Positions 62,901-64,000 of a stretch of DNA of 64,000 bases are shown here, piece after piece. Every line of letters starts with the position of its first letter. Position 1 is the stretch's first letter. The position numbers were made by a program, and so were the translations under genes. The DNA comes from Podospora anserina. Lineage: Eukaryota. The notes under the pieces were generated by a model. That model was not told where the DNA came from, did no database searches, and saw nothing but the letters and a program-made list of their open reading frames with translations. The stretch covers positions 4,402,001 to 4,466,000 of the forward strand of contig CM030332.1 of assembly GCA_017654855.1 (NCBI GenBank), in the 5' to 3' direction.

Positions 62901-64000
62901 CGATACTCCTCCTTTTAAACTAACGTCCCGGTAGTCCTAATTTTTTTTATTTTTTTTAATAACAACTTCCTTCCTTAATAAATTTTCCCTTCTTATTATT
63001 ATCTTTTCGCAATATTTAATTATATTAAGAAACCTACGCCAAAAGGCCTTTCCAGTACCCTTCGTTACTAAAATCTTATTACTATTACTTTTATTTTTAA
63101 TAACAAAATACTTCCTTATTTGTTTTACGAAACCCTTAGAATTTTTAATTATTACACTTTCGAATACTTTTTTAGATATAACTACTATATTAGTTCTAAT
63201 CGTTTCGACTATAATATCCTGGATCTTACTTCCGCCCTAATAACTTTCCTTCGTTATTAAAAGGAAAAACTAAATATTAATAAGCGAAAAGCCCATACGA
63301 CTATACTATAAACTACTTCAAAGCTTTCGCGAATAGAGACTTAGCGTTATACTTTAGTCGCTAAATTCCGTTATATTACGGCCCGTAAAGAACGGTTAAT
63401 CGAGGATTTAAAACGGAAGGAAGTATAAATTACCTTTATTACTAATCTTCTTCTAACCTTTTCTCTTAATTGGGCCTCCGTAATACTAAACTAGCCCGAC
63501 CTAAACCTTCCGAACGACCTATCCTTTAACTTTCCGCTTAATTCCGACCTTTTCCTAAAGTCGGCCGTTAGTACTTCCCGGAGTTCCCTACCTCCAGCTA
63601 CCCCGGATTTTTCTAACGGTAATCCTTTTATTTTTTAAGGTAATTAATATTTATAATATTATTTACGCCTAGATTCCTTCGTACTTATTAACTTTATAGT
63701 ATAGTACGTAGTACGTTAATTACTACGTTAAAAGTATAAATTTAATTCCTATCGAGGTTCTTTTATATTTATATTATAAATATTTTTCCATAACTTAAAT
63801 ATAGTTCTTTTTATTTATTTAGGTTTTAATCGGTTTAGGTATTACTAATAAAATTCTTTTTATTTATTTAAGTAATTAAGGTTTACTTTTAATTCCTATA
63901 AATTATTTATAACCGAATACTTTAATTAATTAACTAAATACTTTAATTAATTTTTATTAAACCATAAATTTAATATTTCTTTTATATTACACTTCTTTTT

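Larger units (their letters stand above)
60960..64000. repeat. AT-rich RIP-degraded repeat island (transposon relics)
   Basis: Abrupt loss of GC, a strong visible excess of TpA, depletion of CpA/TpG and absence of long ORFs. Confidence 0.9.

Noticed and set aside
62900-64000. Possible Cys-cluster/coiled-coil ORF relic of a transposon
   Set aside because: Too RIP-degraded to assign a family by eye. Kept only as part of the repeat island.
1-64000. CRISPR arrays, tRNA/rRNA genes, prokaryotic operons
   Set aside because: The DNA is fungal, and I recognised no repeat-spacer array or structured RNA gene by eye. tRNAscan-SE/Infernal would be needed to exclude small RNAs.

Overview
Eukaryotic, intron-containing genomic DNA from a filamentous ascomycete (Sordariales-like; short GT-AG introns with CTRAY branch sites). 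The genus cannot be proven from this window, though Podospora is plausible. Bases 1-60,600 are gene-dense, with about 22 protein-coding loci: SUMO, a LIM-domain protein, an MFS monocarboxylate transporter, an unusual succinyl-CoA-synthetase alpha-beta fusion, COX19, DNM1, two F-box proteins, a GH13 alpha-amylase with CBM20, a Zn2Cys6 transcription factor, Grx3/4, a CYSTM peptide, ABP1, VPS37, a hypothetical protein, an AT-hook/polyQ protein, VMA5, MET14, a hot-dog thioesterase, a frameshifted small gene, MAK21/NOC1 and a mitochondrial-type ProRS. From about 60,960 to the end the DNA is very AT-rich, RIP-mutated repeat sequence. It contains an intact solo LTR with a 5-bp target-site duplication next to a RIP-degraded relative. 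The most interesting locus is the SCS alpha-beta fusion. It has an internal mitochondrial-presequence-like linker, has lost the nucleotide-binding part of its ATP-grasp domain, and lies convergent with the carboxylate transporter. Other highlights are a 3-nt microexon needed to build a canonical Zn2Cys6 cluster, and promoter motifs matching AmyR and CYS-3 sites. All exon boundaries were read by eye and family calls are from recalled motifs, not database searches.
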